64,000 nucleotides of DNA, from assembly GCA_965644315.1 (NCBI GenBank), contig CBFFRQ010000049.1, forward strand, positions 1-64,000. The letters run 5' to 3'. Positions 11,801 through 22,700 of this stretch are shown here, one piece after another; the stretch's first letter is position 1, and each line of letters opens with the position of its first letter. Under the pieces are notes generated by a model. It did no database searches and was not told where the DNA came from. It saw only the letters and a program-made list of their open reading frames with translations. Origin of the DNA: Caecitellus pseudoparvulus (Eukaryota; Protista; Bigyra: Bicosoecida). Position numbers and translations under genes: made by a program.

Positions 11801-14800
11801 TGGCCAGCACCGTGAGCAGCAGGCACCCGACGATGGATGCGGGGGACTCCCGCAGCCCCAGCCCGCCAGACACACTGGCAGAGACAGTCGGTGGCGTGGC
11901 TGGTGTCGTGGCTGCGATCGTGCCAGCCACCAGAGCCAGCAAGTGGGCGCCCAGAGCGAGCTGCTGCTGCACTGCCGCGGCGGCAGCGGCAGCGGCATCT
12001 TCCCCACCTGCAGGGTTGCACAGGGCTGCCAGGTCCAGGGGCTCCGCACGCGCGCCTTGCAGCCCCTGCGCCACGGCGCCAGTCCAGGCCTGCACGCCGG
12101 CGTCGGCTGCGGCGGCCAGCACTGCGACGGCCGTGTCCGTCGACGCCACCCCTACACTGGCGCTGAGGACGGAGTCGATGCTGTCCCCCCTGGATCGACG
12201 GCGGGACCGCCTAGAGGGCGTGGCGGGGGGGGCAGCGGAGGCACCTCCTGCCACACGCTCCACCGCCGTCGCCAGGGCCAGCCTCGCGAACAGGCAGCCA
12301 CGGGAGGCGTCGTCCTTGGCCACTGCCGCGACTGCAGAGAGGAGGTGTGGCGGCGGCGCAGGGCCTGACAGCACAGCCGCCACGCTGCGCAGCAGTGTGC
12401 CCAGCGTCACCCTGCCCTTGCGCCCACCGGCCGCCGCCGCCGCGCCAGCCAGCAGCACGACAGCACCAGCCCCCGCAGCTGAGGGCGCTGCCGCCGCTAC
12501 AGCCTGCAGAAGGGCCGTGGCAGCCTTGGGCTGGGGGCCAGGGGTGTGGGACCACCAGGTAAGGCAGCTGCGTGCCACGAGGAGGTCCATGGCTGCGCCG
12601 CCCACGCCACCTGGCGCCGTGACGCGCGCAGCTGGCGTGGCGGCGTTCCACACTTCAACGGCGGTACCCCCCAGGCCCAGGGCGGGCAAGAGGTGCCCGA
12701 ACAGTGCCTCTGCAGCTGGGACAGCGGGGGGGGAAGGCCCCCCCTCGCCACAGTGGGCCTCCATGGCTCCACACGCAGCCGCCACCCAACTCGTGGCTGC
12801 CGCCATGGCCACTGCATCTGCAGAAGCCTGTGCCAGAGCCTGTGGCGTGGCCATCGCGGGGGCACTGGCCGCAAGCCAGGCGGCATCGTTGGCAGCAATG
12901 CCAGTGAGGGCGGGTGGTGACAGCTCAGCCCCCCTGGACATGAGCTGCCCCTGCAGGTGGGCGAGGCAAGGCGGCAACACGGCCTGTGCCTGAACCAGCG
13001 CGCGCAGCACTTGGGTGGCTGCGGCGACGACGCCCTCCTCGTCGTCTGCGAGGCGCTCCGCGACCACGCGCCGCCCCAGGGCCAGCGTCGTCAAAGCCGC
13101 TGCGAGCTTGTGCAGTGCGTCGCTCCCCAGGCCTGCGGCAAGGGCTTGCCCCCCTGCCAACTCAGCGTCAGCCTCCTCCTCGTCCTCGCTGGTGTCCGAG
13201 CCGCTGCCGTCTGAAGCTGTGCCTGCGCCGGCACTCCCCAGCAACCCTGCGCCCTCCAAAATGCCCTGCACCTCGGCCGCTGCAGTCGGCACGAGGCCCA
13301 GCAGCACCTCCAAGCCCTGCGCACGCACAGCTGGCGAGGCGTGGGAGGTCGTGGCGGCCAGGGCGAGGGCTGACGTCTTGCCGTCGGCGTCTGCGACCAG
13401 CACGACGGGCTGCACGGCTGTGCCAGACAGTGTGTCCCCCAGCCACTCCAGGGTAGCAGGGGGGGCGGAGGACAGCACTGACGTCAGCGCTGCGTCAGCC
13501 TCCGCCGCGTGGGAGGTGGCCAGTGCCCGCACGCAAGCCTGCAGGTGCTTGGCTTGGCTGGTCGAGGCAGTTGCGTGGGCAGTGACGAGGGCGCAGAGGG
13601 CTTGCCCCGCCAGGCCCGTGGGCAGCGGCGCCCGGGCCAAGACAGCCACCATGGGACCACGGATGGACGCGTGCTCCAAGCTCGCATGCACGCCCCCCAT
13701 GACCACCCCCGCCAGCATGGCCTCTGCGTTGAAGTGTGTGGCGGTGTCCTCCAGCACCCCCTCCACACCTGGCGCCCGTAGCAGCGGCCTCACACCAGCC
13801 ACCGGCAGCGGCGGCACAGAGGCACCCGCGACGTCCCACCCCAGGTGGCTGGCAGCTGCAGCGTACAGAGCGGCCAAGCCCGCCACTGTGGTGGCCACTG
13901 CCTCCTGCGACGTGCCAGGGACGGCTGTCATGGCGGTGGCGAGGCCAATGACAATGTCCTGGGACAGCGGCACGGCGGTGGCCAGGCTCACCGCCACGCC
14001 GGTGCATGCGGCATGCATGCCGGCGGGCGCCTCTGCTGCCAGTCCTCGAGACAGGGTGCTGAGCAGGATGCGCTGGTGTGCCGCAGAGGGCGACCCCGGC
14101 CCTCCCTGCAGCAGCTCAGTGCAGCACACCAGGAAGGCCTTGACAGTGGGGTGGCCCACAGCCTCAGACTCAGCACCACAGTGCAGGGCCTGTGCAGGGG
14201 CGTTGAGGGGTGGGTGAGGTGGGCGGCGCCAGGGGACGCGTGCACGGGCACGACACGCACGCTGTCTGCCATGAAGGTCAACAGAGCCTCATCCTTGCGC
14301 AGCTGCTGCACGAGCATGGAACGGTTCAGGGGCGCGCCTGTCTTCTTCACGCCGCGCAAGAATCCCCACAGCCCCGTGTCACTGCGCAGGGGGGTCGTGG
14401 GCAGGTGAGCGCCTGCGCGTGGCGAAAGCCAGGCATGAGCGCAGGCGGCGCACCTGAACTGAAGAATGGCAACTGTCCGAGCGAAGATGAGGGTCTCGTG
14501 GTGGGGCAGGATGCAGGCCATGATGTCGTCGACGTTGTACACGTGCACTCTGAAGGGCAGGCGCAGTGGGGCGGCGTGCAGGCGAGGCAAAGGGCAGGCC
14601 AGCGGAACAAGGGCGGCGCTCTAAATCCGCAGCTCACCTGAACCGCCGAATGAGGAACTCCATGGCCTTGTGCGCGCCACGCTGGAGGTAGTGAGGGCAG
14701 AGAGCCTTGAAGAAACTGCTCAGGGAGGCATCCAGCGTCGCGTTCACCTCGGCCGTCTGCAGATCCCTGTCGAATTCGGCCGCCGACGTGGAGAACAGCG

Positions 14801-14993
14801 AGCTCTCCCACTGCCTGAACTTGGCGTCGGCCCTGCAAAGCTCTGAGAAGCCAGCCAGCCCGATTTCGAAGATGGTCTGCACGTCATACTTCTCGGCTTC
14901 GCGGTCATCAAAAAGCAGGGACGCCTGGCCGCGCCGCGTGCGCTTCTCAGGCTGCAAGGCGCCCAGCTGCCGCGCGAGGCTGGAGGCTGCCAT
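5862..14993 (-). CDS. UTP10: U3 snoRNP-associated HEAT repeat protein UTP10/HEATR1 (BAP28)
   Basis: N-terminus SSLARQLGAL..ASLLFDDREA..HKAMEFLIRRF/RVHVYNVDDIMACILPHHET; C-terminus LLPETIPFLAEAMED..VE..LEEMSGESLQEFL. Introns 14550-14637, 14382-14453 and 14190-14260 join the N-terminal exons to the 2765-aa ORF. Confidence 0.95.
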
Positions 14994-15423
14994 GTCTACC
15001 GATTTCCGCAAGCCACTTGGCTCCGGTGATGGCTGCACACGGCTGCAGGTGGTGAATGGCGCCCATTGGAAACGAATGCGCCCGAAAATTCTCTTGTTGT
15101 CGGATTTGATGCCAGGCGACAGTTGGTCGAGGTCGCGGGAGTGTGGTGCTGGGAAGCCTCGCAGGTCGCCCACGCGCCGGCCCCCTCAACACACCCCAAC
15201 GAATCTGCAGCCCCTCGACGCAGTGCCCCCCCTCCTGCAAACCAGAACCACACCGCATGGCTTCGATTATGTTGTTGTAGAAGCAAACATTGCTCCTCCC
15301 TCCCTCCTCACCCCTCCGTCGAGGGTGGACTCTGCCTGGCTTGCAGGCACACCGCCACGAGCGCCCTATTCGCAACGCGGGTGCACTTCCGCTGCTGCTT
15401 CCTGCCACGCCCTCTCCTTCAAC

Positions 15424-16632
15424 ATGGCAGCTGGAGAGAGCTGGGAGTTCCACAGGGAGATGCTGGAAATCAGTGAACCAGAGGATCTCGTCACGTTCCT
15501 CTCCGACCTCCTAGCCGACATGCAGGCAAACCCCGCCCTTTGCCCGCGGGTAGACATGCACGCCGTGCAGGCTGCCATTGACGGCAAGGGGCAGCTGTCC
15601 AAGCGCAAAACTCGCAAGGTAAAGCACCTGGTGAACTCCATCCGGAAAACCAAGGAGACGTACCAGCCTGCAGGCACGGCCTTCATCCCTGACCCCTCCG
15701 CACCTCCTGTGTACCCTGGCGCAACAGCACCCCCCGCCTACGGCACGGCAGGCTACCCAGGCGGCATGGTCAGTGCCTACCCCTCTGCGACACCGCCAAC
15801 CTACACGACCTCTCAGCCAGATTGGACGACGGGTGGCTACAACGGCGGGCAGGGCGTGCCCAAGACCTCCTCCGCAACCCCGCGCAGTGTTAGGTCGGAC
15901 TCCGCCGACCGCCCCCCCGCCTCCACTTCCTCCTCTGCCCGAGCAGCACAAGTGCGGCGGGCCATGTCCACTGACCGCTCGCCCAGGCTGGCAGTGACGA
16001 CGCCACTCTCTCGCACAGAGCGAGGCTCTGACAACTCTCGAGCGGCACGGCGGGGGGCGGACTCGACGGTCGTGAGGGGCCTGGAGGTGGGGGAAGAAGC
16101 TGAGTGCTCGTGGAAGGACAAGTGCTGTGGCCTGTGCGACAAGCCCCTGGAGTGGCCCACCGAGACGCCGCCCTCGTGGGGCAGTGGCACTTGGTGTACC
16201 TGGCGCGTCATCGCTCTCCTCAACGCAGCCTTTCAAATCGGCATCCTGACTGTGTTCATGCGCTTCGTGCTGCTGGACGGCATGGGGCTGCCCAAGCCTT
16301 GGAAGGGCTTCTGCTCCACCATGTCGGAGGCAGACGAGTTCACCTGCTTCATCTCCGTGGGGCTGCTGGCACGCGGCATCATCGCCGCGGGGGCAGGCGC
16401 CATTGGCGTGTGTGCCTGTGGCGGCGGCGGTGTGGGCCTGTGCTGTGCGGTGGGGCAAGGTGCGGCTGGCAGCGGGCTCACCCTCGGCCAGATCTCCTTC
16501 GGGGGGTACGCAGTGGGGCAGCTGACTTGTGCCTGGTACCGTGTGCGCTGTGCGCAGTTGGGGTGCCAGGCGTGGTACCCCCTGACGCGAGGCGGCAGGG
16601 GGAAGTTGTTCACAACCCAGAATGACTGCTAG
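15424..16632 (+). CDS. Uncharacterised membrane protein with Pro/Tyr-rich linker and Gly-rich C-terminal hydrophobic repeats
   Basis: Probable start MAAGESWEFH at 15424; the upstream part of the ORF overlaps UTP10 antisense. Hydrophobic segment RVIALLNAAFQIGILTVFMRFVLL is followed by GIIAAGAGAIGVCACGGGGVGLCCAVGQG. Confidence 0.65.
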   Translation: MAAGESWEFHREMLEISEPEDLVTFLSDLLADMQANPALCPRVDMHAVQAAIDGKGQLSKRKTRKVKHLVNSIRKTKETYQPAGTAFIPDPSAPPVYPGATAPPAYGTAGYPGGMVSAYPSATPPTYTTSQPDWTTGGYNGGQGVPKTSSATPRSVRSDSADRPPASTSSSARAAQVRRAMSTDRSPRLAVTTPLSRTERGSDNSRAARRGADSTVVRGLEVGEEAECSWKDKCCGLCDKPLEWPTETPPSWGSGTWCTWRVIALLNAAFQIGILTVFMRFVLLDGMGLPKPWKGFCSTMSEADEFTCFISVGLLARGIIAAGAGAIGVCACGGGGVGLCCAVGQGAAGSGLTLGQISFGGYAVGQLTCAWYRVRCAQLGCQAWYPLTRGGRGKLFTTQNDC

Positions 16633-16787
16633 TCAGCAGTGTGCTGGCGGCAGGCGTGCGTCCCAAAGCCGAGCAACAGCGATGGCGCGGGGCGAGTGGT
16701 AAATTCCTCATTCCTGAGCATAGACTCCAAGTAATGCAGTGGTGCCGTGGTTTCCAGCCAGCTGCACCGCAGTCCAGCCACCTCGTC

Positions 16788-18237
16788 ATGGGCTGCGCAG
16801 CGTCAACGCCGGCTGCAGAGGCAGAGTGAGTGTGCCGTGCCACAGAAGCCCAGGTCGCCGTCGCTGACACGCCGAGCGCGCCCTGCAGGCTTGCCCAGGC
16901 GCCACAGCCAGTGCCCGCGCCTACGGCTCAAACCTTTGGAAGGGACCTCACTCTGCGTAAGGAGGACTTCATCGTCAAGGGCCAGGCGGACGCGGAAATC
17001 GTGCGGCTGCCAGGGTAAGGCACCAGTTTCCGCAGACATCTGCGCCGCGCCGCGCAGCAACCCTGGCGCCCCTGCTGCACTGCACAGAGACGTCAAGGGG
17101 CAGCAGTTCAGCATCGCAGACTGCTCCAACTGCACCATCGCTCTGTTCGACCACTCGGAGCAAGTACGACTCCCACCACACTCGCTCTCAGGCCTGCGCC
17201 TGCCACGCACCGAAGTCTCCCCTCTCCCGGCGCAGATCCTGGTGGACCGCTGCACGGACTGCAACATCATTATTTCTGCATGCTGCACGTCGGTTTCCTT
17301 ACGGGCTCTCCGCTCCTGCACCGTCTCTGTCTGTGCTGCCCAGCTGCGTTTCAGGGAGTGCGCCGACGTCACTGTGCTTGGCGCCGTGCACACTCGACCC
17401 GTCATCGAGTCCTCCTCCGACCTGCGCCTGGGCTGCTGGCGCCTGGCGTACACACCCCATGCACAGCACTTGCAGGCAGCTGTTCTGGAGCCCTGGGCCA
17501 ACAAGATCTTCCAAGTGCATGACTTTGACATGGGGCCGTCAGGCGGCAGTGGGCTGGGTGTGCACTGGACAGGGCTGACTGCCGCGGAGGAGGTAGCGGC
17601 AGCGGGCCGCCAAGTAGCGGCACTGCCGGCCCCGGCCGTTGATGCGGTGGGTCTCAGGGTGGTGCATGGGTGGTCTGATGCGTTGCGCGTTCCGGACCAG
17701 CCGGCATCCAGTGACTCACCCGTCCCGGCAGCGTACCCCTCACCAACGCCCGAAGCAGGGGGCGAGGCTGAGCCAGCTACCGAGAGCGGAGAAACAACAA
17801 AAACAGAAGAGGAGCCTCGTCTGCCGCCTGCCAGCACACCTGCCACTGCAGTGCCGCCTCAAGCCCCCCCGGCCGATGCGCCAGTTTTGATGCTGGTGCT
17901 GCTGCCGGGCTCGGACTGGCGCAAGGCGGCCTGGCGGGTGTGCGAGGAGCTGTGCGCCGCCGCCGACGGAGCAGCGCTGAGTTTGGTGCGGGCCCGCCCT
18001 CACACCCTCACTCCGACACAGGCAGCGGATGTCGGGGGGGGTGCCGGGGCCAGCCTGGCCTTGGCGCTGCATTGGGCAGGAGCTGATGGTGAGGTGGGAG
18101 GCCTTCTGGCTCGATGCGGCGCTGCGCTGACTGCTGCGGGTGTTGCAGAGGAGCAGGCTGTGGTGGTCACAGGGCAGGCCGCCGCTGCACTTGCCGCCAA
18201 GTGGTTTGTTGAGTGGGAGAGCGACTTCAACAAATGA
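16788..18237 (+). CDS. RP2: RP2/XRP2-like TBCC-domain protein (Arl3 GAP family), N-terminal MGC acylation motif
   Basis: Introns 16826-16888, 17015-17087, 17164-17235. Spliced protein: MGCAAS...KEDFIVKGQADAEIVRLPGDVKGQQFSIADCSNCTIALFDHSEQ...CAAQLRFREC (arginine finger)...TRPVIESSSDLR...VHDF. Confidence 0.85.
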
Positions 18238-18407
18238 ACAAGGGAGGGGAAAATTCAAAGACTCGAGATTGCAACCCCCCTAGGTTTCCTTCATGCCATA
18301 ATAGCGCGCTAGACTCGCCCAACTGTCGCTCAGCGTGTGAACGCAGAGCGCCCGGCGGTCGTCATTGGCGTTGGGCGTGACGAGCAATTTCCGCAGCTCC
18401 GCATGCC

Positions 18408-19706
18408 ATGGCGTCTCAGCCCAAGGAACAGCACCCCATGGACTCCACGCTGGCCATGGAGCAGCGTGAGGCTCATAAAATCGAAGCCATGCGCGAGCGC
18501 AAGGAGGAGCGCCGGCGCCGATTCCTGGACGCCCGCCAGCGAACCATCGGAGTGCGTGCTTGCTGAGCGCCAGCCACCGCCCAAAGTGGCATATGGGGCA
18601 GGTGCCACACTGCGACGCGCCTTCATCGCAGTTGGATGTGCAAGCGTTGGATGCTCAAGTGGCGGAGAAGCGCGCCCGGCAACAAGCGGAGCGAGAGGCG
18701 GACATGGAGTTTGGTGCGTGGGCGCGATGTTGCATCGATCGACGCCTGTCTCACAGCCGCTGCACTGCCCTCCACAGCGCGTGAACAGCGCCGCGCCGCC
18801 CAGCGAGTGGCTGAGTACGAGAAGCAGGTGGCTGCAGAGAAGGCCAAGCGCCAGGCACAGGACATGGAGGCTTCCAAGCTCGCCGCAGCAACACGCTCAG
18901 AGACGGCGGTGCTGAATGACCCCGCCGCCCTGCGCAAGGGCCGGCCAGCGAGGGATGGCGACCACGACATTCGCTGTGGACCAGCCTCCGCCCAGCGCTT
19001 TGATGGAGAGGACCTGCGGGCGGGTGAGCGGCGGGCCCTGCAGGCTGCCCAAATGCGCCGGTGGGCTGAAGCAGCGCACGCTGAGAAGCTGGCGCGGCAG
19101 GAGGCTGAAGCGGAGGAGGCAGCTGCCTACATGCAGTATGTAGAGAGCATGAATGGCCGTGTGGAGGAGCACGAGCACCGCCTCGCGCAGGAGCGCGCAG
19201 CACGCCTGCGCGAGGTGGCTGCGGAAAATAAACGCCTCGCAGCGCTCACTGCCGCACAGCGGGCGCAGGAGCAAGCCGAGGCCGCAGCTGCAGCTGCGAG
19301 GGGCCAGAGCCTGCCAGGCCTGCTGGATGAGAGTGTGGCTGACCGGGAGTCAGCCCTGGACCCGGGGCGTGTGCGCCCTGACGCGTACCGTGGCATGTCA
19401 GCTGAAGAGCACGCTGCGTTGTTGGAGGAGCAGCGGCGGCAGGCCGAAGCCGCCCGCGCGGCAAAGCAGGCGGAGCGGGAGGCCGAGTGGCGGGAGGCCC
19501 GGCAGGCTGCTGAGATGTCCCAGCGTGTCGCTCAGTACGAAAAGTCTCTGGCGCAGGAGAAAGCACGGCAGCGCGCAGAGTACCTGGCACAGTTGGAGCG
19601 GCAGGTGGCGGAGAAGGCTGCCGCGAAGCGTGCCGAGGCGGAAGCAGACCGCAAGTCTGGTTTCGGGGATGGATTTTTCGGTGGCTTTGGGCGCAGTGAC
19701 AGGTGA
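18408..19706 (+). CDS. RIB43A: RIB43A-family axonemal microtubule inner protein
   Basis: Introns 18552-18631 and 18714-18777. Motifs RRRFLDARQRTIG/LDVQALDAQVAEK, NDPAALRKGRPAR.GDHDIRCGPASAQRFDGEDL, RPDAYRGMS, terminal FFGGFGRSDR. Confidence 0.92.
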
Positions 19707-19765
19707 TGGCGCAGCCCGCGCGCTGTGCTTGTTCTCAAATGCACCCTTCCAAAGTGCGCAGACGC

Positions 19766-22700
19766 TCAGCACGGCACACCTTCTTCCGTCACGCTGCCGG
19801 CTGGGTACTTGTCTTTGGGGGGCGGGAACACACTGGGAATGACGGAGTACAAGCTGCCGCCAGTGCTGCCCAAGCTCTCGTTGTCATCTTGGGCTGCCGC
19901 GCGGGGTGGTTGTCGAACATGCCGCGCAACGGTGCGCCCCATGGTGGCAGCAGACGCTTCCTCCGCCGCCCGAATGTTCTGCTCGACTCGGCCAGGAGGA
20001 GTGCGAAGGCTCTGCACGGAACCCCATTCCGTAGGCACGGCAGTGGAGCCCCCTTGTCTCGCCCTCGTCGTGTGTTTCGGTTGTGGCGCAGGCGCTGCAC
20101 GGGCGGCAGTTGCGGGGAACGGCGCAGCTGCCAGCGTGTGCAGCGGGCTCAGCGAGGCAGCGCTTGCGGATGCCTTGGGGGCTTTGCGCGCCGTGCGCCG
20201 GGGCTGTGCGCCCGTTGCGTCGTATGGCACAGGGTGGGGGTCTTCCCTGCCCACATTGGGCGCCCAGTCTTTGTGCGCTGCGGTTGCTGCAGCAGCCTCC
20301 TGCTTGGCCTCACTGGGCTGGAACCTGCGGCCTGCCAACAGGCGCTGGCGCATAGCCTCCTTCTGTGCAGCCGTCAGCCCATCCGCGCCTGCGTCAGGGG
20401 AGGTGCGGGGTGCACTCCGCAGGCCCACCCAGGGCGCAGGGGTCTGTCCGCTACCAGCCCTCCCATCCGCGGAGACTGCCTGCGCCCCCCGTCGTCGTGC
20501 CTGCACACTGCTGGTGTCCCTGTGCTGCCGACCTGCAGTTGCCTCTGGCACCGTGTGCAGGGCGGCTGTGGCAGCACGCGTGGGCTCAGGGCTGCGCTGC
20601 CGGGCTGGCTGCGCCGCCGCCGCCGCCTTGCCCTGTCGACGTCGAGGGAGGGCGGTGCTGCCCCCCATGCCTGGCGACAGGTGTGCTCGCGGAATGGCCA
20701 TGGTGCGGCGCCGTGTGCCTGCAGGCAGCTCCGCGTCCACGGTGTGCATGCGGGGGGTGGAGCCTGGGCTGGGGCGGCCGCCTGATCCGGGTGTGGTGGC
20801 GGAGGGGGACCCCGCCCCGGCATCGCGCCCGGGGCTGGCGGCCTGTGGCGACGCCCCTGCCGCAGCCGTGTCCATGGCCCGCCGCGCTGTGGGGCCCAGT
20901 GTCACGCGGGGGAGCCCCAGGGCGGCGATGAGGGCCAGGAGGTCTGCCCCGCCCAGTGCCCCGGGCAGAGTGCCCCCCGGGCCGAACGGCCCGCCCTGGA
21001 TGTTCAAACACGCCAGCGCCTTGACATCCTCCGCCGTCCAAGCTCGCAAGGTGGCTGTGGACAGGCTGGCCAGGGCTGTGCGGAGGCCCGCTGTGGTGGC
21101 AGGTGGGGCGCCACCGCCTCGCCCGTCGCTCTTGCGCCGCCTGGCCTGGTACAGTGCCAGCAGCGGCAGCCACTGCAGCAGGCCCCGCGGCGCGAGGCGG
21201 TTCAACAGGCCCTGCTGGGCGTGCATGACCATGCCAGGCGCCACCTCCACTTCCACAAGGCGGCCGCCCTGCTCAGCATCCCCCTCGGCATCCGCCGCCC
21301 CCCCCTCGCCAGGCGCGTCAGGGTGCAGTGCCCGCAACAGGGCCAAGTCCTGCGGGGCGAACGTCCCGGGGAGGGCCGTGTCGACAGACCCTTGGAAGGG
21401 GCCGCCTGTGGCGGTGAAGGCACGCAGGGTGGGGAGGGGTGCCCGGGCAGCGGCCAGGACACCCCCTGGGGTCAGGCTGGCCACCGCCTCTGACACACGC
21501 GCCTGCCCACTGTCGGCGTCACTGCCGCAGTGCACGGCCGGTGCACCCTGCCCCCGCTGCATCCACTGCGCCAGGAGGGCCAGGAGGGGCAGCAGGCGCA
21601 GGCACTGCGGACTCAGCGTCTGCAGCAGCTTCACTGTGTCGGCGCGAGCTGAAATGGGCGGCAGGCCTTCTGCCAGCTGCACGGGTGTGCGAGCAACGGG
21701 CGCCGCGCGGGCCACGGCCCCTGCCAGCTGCCGCATGGCACCGGCGGCATCCTGTCTGCCCCCCCCCTCCCCACCGACCACCTGCAGCACGGCCGCCTGC
21801 GCCTCCTGTGTGCTCAGGGCGGCCAGGTGCCGAGGCTGCACGGTGTCCAGGCCGTCAGCGGCTGCTTCGGGGGACACTTGGGCGGGAGCAGACTGGCCCA
21901 GCGTCATGAAGGCCCGGAAGGGGGCCAGGGCATCCCCTTCTTGTCGGCAGGCCAACGGCACACTCGCGAAGATGTGGCCCAGGGCGGCAGACAGCCAGGC
22001 CAAACCCAACACGGCACAGGCCTCGCCCACCTGCATGCCCCCGGAGCTGCCTCTCCACACTGCAGCCGCTACTGTACTGGTGGAGGGCGGGTCAGCTGGG
22101 TCGGTTGGGGCAGCTGGCCCCGCCGGCGCATGGGCAGGTGACGGGGAGGAGCTGAGCCCACCGTCAGGCGTTTCGGCCTGCTCTGCCCTGGTCTGGGGTG
22201 CAGCGTCCACGCCTGCCGCCTGCAGCGCCTGTGCCGTCTCCCGTACCACAGGCCACAGGGGCAGCTCGGCCGCCTGCAGTGCTGCTGGCGCCTGCACCGC
22301 GCCTTGCACCAGCGCCTGCACAAAGCCCTGGAAGGCAGCCAAGGCGCCATCGGCAGCCAGAGCTGCGACATGGCACGGCGCCAGAGCGGCGGCCCCCGAC
22401 TGCAGCGCCGCCTGGGTGATGGCACCGCCAGAGTGGGTGGGCGAGGAGACTCCCTTCTGTGGCGCCTCCCGCCCCCCCCCACGGGCCACCCAGGCAGCCA
22501 GGAACAGTGCCAGGGACTCCTGCCCCAGAGCACGCAGCAGGCGCATGACACGAGCATCCACCTTCAGGGGCACCTGTAGGTCAGCCACACCCAGTGCCTC
22601 CTGCTCGTGCGCCGGACCCGACACGGCATCCTGCACCACGTCACCTGTCCACTCGGCAGTGGGGACAGGCGCTGCAGGCGAGGGGGGCTGGCTGGTGGCT

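Noticed and set aside
14707-15423. N-terminal extension of ORF 14707-16632 overlapping UTP10 exon 1
   Set aside because: It is antisense to a well-supported exon and spans the intergenic gap; the ATG at 15424 is the more plausible start.
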